From: a virus
Taxonomy: Duplodnaviria > Caudoviricetes
Length of the DNA: 61,726 nt
Virus record (IMG/VR): IMGVR_UViG_3300046028_004204
Coordinates: 1 to 61,726 of that record
Reading direction: 5' to 3' (one strand)
Shown: positions 58,195 through 61,726 of the stretch, piece after piece
How the letters are laid out: every line of letters starts with the position of its first letter
Numbering within the stretch: the first letter of the stretch is position 1
Program-made: the position numbers and the translations under genes
The notes under the pieces: model-generated
Databases searched by the model: none
Told to the model about the DNA's origin: nothing
The model's input: the letters and a program-made list of their open reading frames with translations, nothing else

Positions 58195-58643
58195 TAGCTG
58201 ATCCTTCCATTTTTAATTGCTTTAAGTAGAGCATAAAGTTCTTTACTGTTCTCGGGGCAGATACGAGCAGTGATACCCCAATCGATATGCACTGCGACAT
58301 CTTGCAGTGTCTTGGCCTTGAATCTTTTGTCCTTGCCAGAGATAGCAACATCCCAGGCAAACACCTGTCGATCCCAATAGCTTTGATGCCGCTTGCCTGG
58401 TTTGGCTTTACGGCATTCATAGACTCGGCCTGAGCTGTCAATGATGCGCCAACCCTTGTCCACCTTGGTCCAAGTCTTGTCGGCGGTAGCTTCTGCAATG
58501 TCAGACTTAAACTCGCGTTCCTTTTCCAAGGCCACAAGTCGGTTAGAGATCTGGGTCATGTCACGGGTAGTAAGACCCATAAGTTGACATTGTACAAGAA
58601 TTCGTTCTTGTTTGTCGGATAGTTTTGCTCGTTCTCTTGCCAT
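58194..58643 (-). CDS. Hypothetical protein
   Basis: Coupled ORF. Confidence 0.6.
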   Translation of the reverse strand: MARERAKLSDKQERILVQCQLMGLTTRDMTQISNRLVALEKEREFKSDIAEATADKTWTKVDKGWRIIDSSGRVYECRKAKPGKRHQSYWDRQVFAWDVAISGKDKRFKAKTLQDVAVHIDWGITARICPENSKELYALLKAIKNGRIS

Positions 58644-58651
58644 AGTACTTC

Positions 58652-59047
58652 TCAATATAACATAGGTTCTGCGGTGGATTGACCTTGTAAGGCCAGCATA
58701 ATTTCTTGTTGTTCAGAATAGACTAGATTGTAGTCTTCCAATATGGTTCTACGAACATCCGCAGGCAGACTGCACCAAACTTCAACATTGTTATAGCTAC
58801 CGTGACTTTCACGAGGAGCATGATCTAGTATCCATCCGCCTAGACTCTTACAGGCATTGATGGTATTACTAGGATGACTGCGGGCGATTGCGCTGTGAAA
58901 GTCGTTGGCTAACACAGAGGTAAAGAAGCTGCCGGGATTGAATCCGTGTACCAAATAGTTGTACATGGGATCAGCAAAGTCTTTGGGCACATCCCATTTA
59001 GCAAATGTGGCCAGCAATAGATTACGGCTGTAGTCGGTCAGTTTCAT
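58652..59047 (-). CDS. Hypothetical protein
   Basis: PGSFFTSVLAND motif. Confidence 0.65.
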   Translation of the reverse strand: MKLTDYSRNLLLATFAKWDVPKDFADPMYNYLVHGFNPGSFFTSVLANDFHSAIARSHPSNTINACKSLGGWILDHAPRESHGSYNNVEVWCSLPADVRRTILEDYNLVYSEQQEIMLALQGQSTAEPMLY

Positions 59048-59330
59048 TGTTCTTTCTTTCTGCTAATTCTCTTTTACATTGATCAATGGCCCTGTCAAGC
59101 ATAAGCATTGAAATTTCTTTTGGATCAATGCCAAAGTGTTGTAGAATTATTTCACGACCTTGTCCACGACTGATCATATCACGCAACATAGGATTTAATG
59201 CTATACAACATTCTCGAATAACGGCCTCAGCAAATCTTTGTTCAAACTCTTCGTCTGAAGCATAGCGTGTGGTGTTGTCAACTGTGATTAATCTAGCTTC
59301 TTCGACAAGCATTTTAATTCGTTCGTTCAT
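59022..59330 (-). CDS. MNERI-family protein
   Basis: MNERI...FAE.VIREC...HFG. Confidence 0.7.
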   Translation of the reverse strand: MNERIKMLVEEARLITVDNTTRYASDEEFEQRFAEAVIRECCIALNPMLRDMISRGQGREIILQHFGIDPKEISMLMLDRAIDQCKRELAERKNNETDRLQP

Positions 59331-59563
59331 TCTTCAACTCCGAAATATCTATTAACGCTATCTTGTATCTGTTTTGCTATTTGTTTCCACCCATCTTTAG
59401 CATTCTGAGCAATCCAATACTGTCTCCAATCATTGGTTAACTCATGAGCATAGCCTCTAGCCATACTTGAACCTTCCGGCGGAGTCCATGTCCCACTCCA
59501 CATAGGAATGGCGCGATCTGCCTTCCATAGAAATTCGTGTGAGTTACAATCAGTCGTCATCAT
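59327..59563 (-). CDS. Hypothetical protein with FGVEE end
   Basis: Shares C-terminus with MNERI family. Confidence 0.55.
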   Translation of the reverse strand: MMTTDCNSHEFLWKADRAIPMWSGTWTPPEGSSMARGYAHELTNDWRQYWIAQNAKDGWKQIAKQIQDSVNRYFGVEE

Positions 59564-59769
59564 TCAACTCCGAAATATTTTTTGATAGCATTCATATGAT
59601 AGTCTTCGTTGTAGCCACCGACATTTTTTACGGCCTGGATACATTCCTTAACAATCAACTCAGCGAACTTTTCAGGATCATCAATGGTATACTCGGGCCA
59701 AGTGTGCTGATTGCCGCTATTGTATTGACCTCCAGCCTGTGTCCAAAGTTGTCGAATTCGTTCGTTCAT
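59560..59769 (-). CDS. MNERI-family protein
   Basis: MNERI...KFAELIVKEC...FGVE. Confidence 0.7.
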   Translation of the reverse strand: MNERIRQLWTQAGGQYNSGNQHTWPEYTIDDPEKFAELIVKECIQAVKNVGGYNEDYHMNAIKKYFGVE

Positions 59770-59975
59770 ACCAGATCCTTTAACACTTGTGCAAATGAGT
59801 ATGCTCGACCTGTAGTATAGACAATGTTAAAACTATCATTCTCAATGTAATACTTGTTCCGGTTGCAATTTACATACTCGCCTTTATCGTCGGTATATAC
59901 TTGTCGCATCTGTGTAAAGGTACTATCCACAACACCGTCAAGCATAACTCGGGTGGTAATTTTACGCTTGTTCAT
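59766..59975 (-). CDS. Hypothetical protein
   Basis: Coupled ORF starting MNKRK. Confidence 0.6.
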   Translation of the reverse strand: MNKRKITTRVMLDGVVDSTFTQMRQVYTDDKGEYVNCNRNKYYIENDSFNIVYTTGRAYSFAQVLKDLV

Positions 59976-60172
59976 TCTTCAACTCCGAAATGTTGTTTAA
60001 TCTGTTCACCAATCATACGACCAGTCCAAGCAGGATGTTCTTCACAAGTCACTAACATTTCCCTAACAATCAACTGGGCGAACTTTTTGCAAAATTCATC
60101 AGGAATGTTCCAAGGACCAGAGGGCATGTCTTCAACAGCCTTATCAGCAAGTTCTAGAATTCGTTCGTTCAT
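59972..60172 (-). CDS. MNERI-family protein
   Basis: MNERI...KFAQLIVRE...HFGVEE. Confidence 0.7.
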   Translation of the reverse strand: MNERILELADKAVEDMPSGPWNIPDEFCKKFAQLIVREMLVTCEEHPAWTGRMIGEQIKQHFGVEE

Positions 60173-60519
60173 ACAATTACTGGCCTTTCAGTTGCACGGT
60201 CGTCGTGAACTTTGTAGCTGTGATTTTTGCGAACCCAATCAGCAAACGATTGTGGATGTTCAGTGAACCAGGATTTGATATCTTTTTTGGTAATATCTTC
60301 TTCGCTGGTAAACACATAGATTTCGTAATGCCGATGGGCATTGAATTGAGCACGAAGCTTCAGTGATTGGATACTAAAGCTCATAGGTTTTTCAACCTTC
60401 TTGCTTTGTTTGATAGAATCAAATAAATGGCCTTTGGCCCAATTGTCAGGATGGTGTTCTGTGATTTCTTCAAAGAACTCTACACCATTCATGTCCCAAC
60501 TTACGATGTAATAACGCAT
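60169..60519 (-). CDS. Hypothetical protein
   Basis: AGGAG RBS; promoter TTGACC-17-TATAAT at 60549-60577. Confidence 0.7.
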   Translation of the reverse strand: MRYYIVSWDMNGVEFFEEITEHHPDNWAKGHLFDSIKQSKKVEKPMSFSIQSLKLRAQFNAHRHYEIYVFTSEEDITKKDIKSWFTEHPQSFADWVRKNHSYKVHDDRATERPVIV

Positions 60520-60573
60520 GTCTGCTCCTAGTGTGTCTGTGTACTACAATTATAACACCGAATTAGCAAAAGG

Positions 60574-60822
60574 TCAAGTCTCTGCGTGTTCTTCCGGCTC
60601 TTTGGCTGCTTCCAATATACGGATCAATTGATCCACTCCACCGTTGGTCATGGTCAATGTGGTGTAACCCATACGGAGAGTAATCATCCCGTCCTCTGTC
60701 TTGCCAATTTGGTAGACAGGAGCCTTTTCCATTGTGCTAGGAATTGGTGCTACATATCGTTCTTCAGCTGTTTGCATAAGTTCCTTGGCTGTGCGTCGAC
60801 GAAAAAAATCAAAATCAAACAT
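60574..60822 (-). CDS. Hypothetical protein
   Basis: 82-aa ORF. Confidence 0.6.
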   Translation of the reverse strand: MFDFDFFRRRTAKELMQTAEERYVAPIPSTMEKAPVYQIGKTEDGMITLRMGYTTLTMTNGGVDQLIRILEAAKEPEEHAET

Positions 60823-60823
60823 G

Positions 60824-61087
60824 TTATTCCCTACTCAATCTAGACCAAACTAAAAACTCTTTGAAAGCATTGTAGACTGTGGCAGCTTCCTTGTCATCTA
60901 CAGGAATCTTTTCGCCTCGAACATAGAAGCCATCTTCGGCAACACGAAGCATCTCTGTGCCGCCGGTGATCATTGTGATGTTGTTTGGCTCGGCACCAAC
61001 ATCAAAGGTAAAGTTTGGCTCATCTGGTAGTTCAACTGCCCACCGATTCATTACATCCTGCAAGGGTTGAAAGTTATAACTACTCAT
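60824..61087 (-). CDS. Hypothetical protein
   Basis: Start MSSYNF, ATGA-coupled. Confidence 0.55.
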   Translation of the reverse strand: MSSYNFQPLQDVMNRWAVELPDEPNFTFDVGAEPNNITMITGGTEMLRVAEDGFYVRGEKIPVDDKEAATVYNAFKEFLVWSRLSRE

Positions 61088-61311
61088 TGTGCTAATCCTG
61101 AAATAAGAACTTCTCGTTCGTGCATGTAAGCCACGGGCTTGAGCCAACCATTGTTGATACATTCTGCAATGACCTGTTTGTATTGTGCGGGACATTGATT
61201 GCCAACCTCAAAACCTGCTCTAGGAGTAGACATAAAGCCGTCAATGATATGGAACCCTGGATGGTCTTGTTTGATAGTCTTGACTCGACTGTTGTGCATC
61301 TCTAACATCAT
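61084..61311 (-). CDS. Hypothetical protein
   Basis: PRAGFE...CP..YK..GWLKPVA. Confidence 0.6.
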   Translation of the reverse strand: MMLEMHNSRVKTIKQDHPGFHIIDGFMSTPRAGFEVGNQCPAQYKQVIAECINNGWLKPVAYMHEREVLISGLAQ

Positions 61312-61571
61312 TTGTGACTGTCCTTGATATTGGTAAAGAGTTCTTGTTTTTCCGTTTTGTATTTGGTCCAGCTGGCTTTAACTTGATCCCAAACACACCA
61401 TTTGCCACACCAGATGAACAGCGCAATCATAGGGATAGCAACTAGATATGCGTCATAGGGGTTGGGTGCAAACACACCAGCACCTGCAAAGAACGCACCT
61501 ATGATGAAACCTTTTTGCCAGATTTCCCATTTGCGCCATTGCCAAACAATAAAGTTCACAACTTCTTTCAC
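61308..61571 (-). CDS. Membrane protein
   Basis: GTG start after GAGGAG; two hydrophobic segments. Confidence 0.6.
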   Translation of the reverse strand: MKEVVNFIVWQWRKWEIWQKGFIIGAFFAGAGVFAPNPYDAYLVAIPMIALFIWCGKWCVWDQVKASWTKYKTEKQELFTNIKDSHK

Positions 61572-61726
61572 AGTTTCTCTCCTCGAGCAAAGCCACGGAA
61601 GTTTTTGAATCGTGGAAAGCGCAATGACCAAACATCGTCGCTGTCTTGACTCTTGGTTGCCGCATCAGCACGGACTTCGATAACTTGTCCAATCATGGAT
61701 TCTTTGTCTACCCAAAACTCGCCTCG
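61568..61726 (-). CDS. ATP-dependent DNA ligase, C-terminal end (partial)
   Basis: Own translation: ...IGQVIEVRAD...WSLRFPRFKNFR...* (ligase motif VI). Confidence 0.85.
   Translation of the reverse strand, partial: RGEFWVDKESMIGQVIEVRADAATKSQDSDDVWSLRFPRFKNFRGFARGEKL

Overview
Segment of a large T4-related (jumbo-type) dsDNA phage genome in standard genetic code. 1-29.3 kb, mostly + strand: UvsX/UvsY/UvsW recombination genes and a ~20 kb glycan-building cluster (seven paralogous capsule/KpsS-like proteins, GT8/GT32-like transferases, methyltransferases, Gmd plus a ColD-type dehydratase). These are followed by a probable clamp-loader subunit, a 192-aa minimal DnaE-like polymerase, primase, helicase and a nucleotidyltransferase. 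29.3-48.6 kb, - strand: an array of small early-type genes behind at least 26 near-consensus sigma70 promoters, with two recurring palindromic upstream sites, MoxR/vWA, an AAA ATPase, REase-like and GIY-YIG nucleases, and 3 tRNAs. 48.6-49.4 kb: a non-coding, repeat-rich, origin-like region. 49.7-61.7 kb: structural and envelope genes, radical SAM, a PBP7-like peptidase, SPFH, a tandem MNERI...FGVEE family and the C-terminus of DNA ligase. The most striking unexplained signals are a ~1.3 kb island whose coding strand almost completely lacks TC and CC dinucleotides, the promoter/operator cassette system with a possible anti-SD 3' element, and exact leaderless geometry at the replication genes. 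All calls come from reading motifs by eye; no searches were run.
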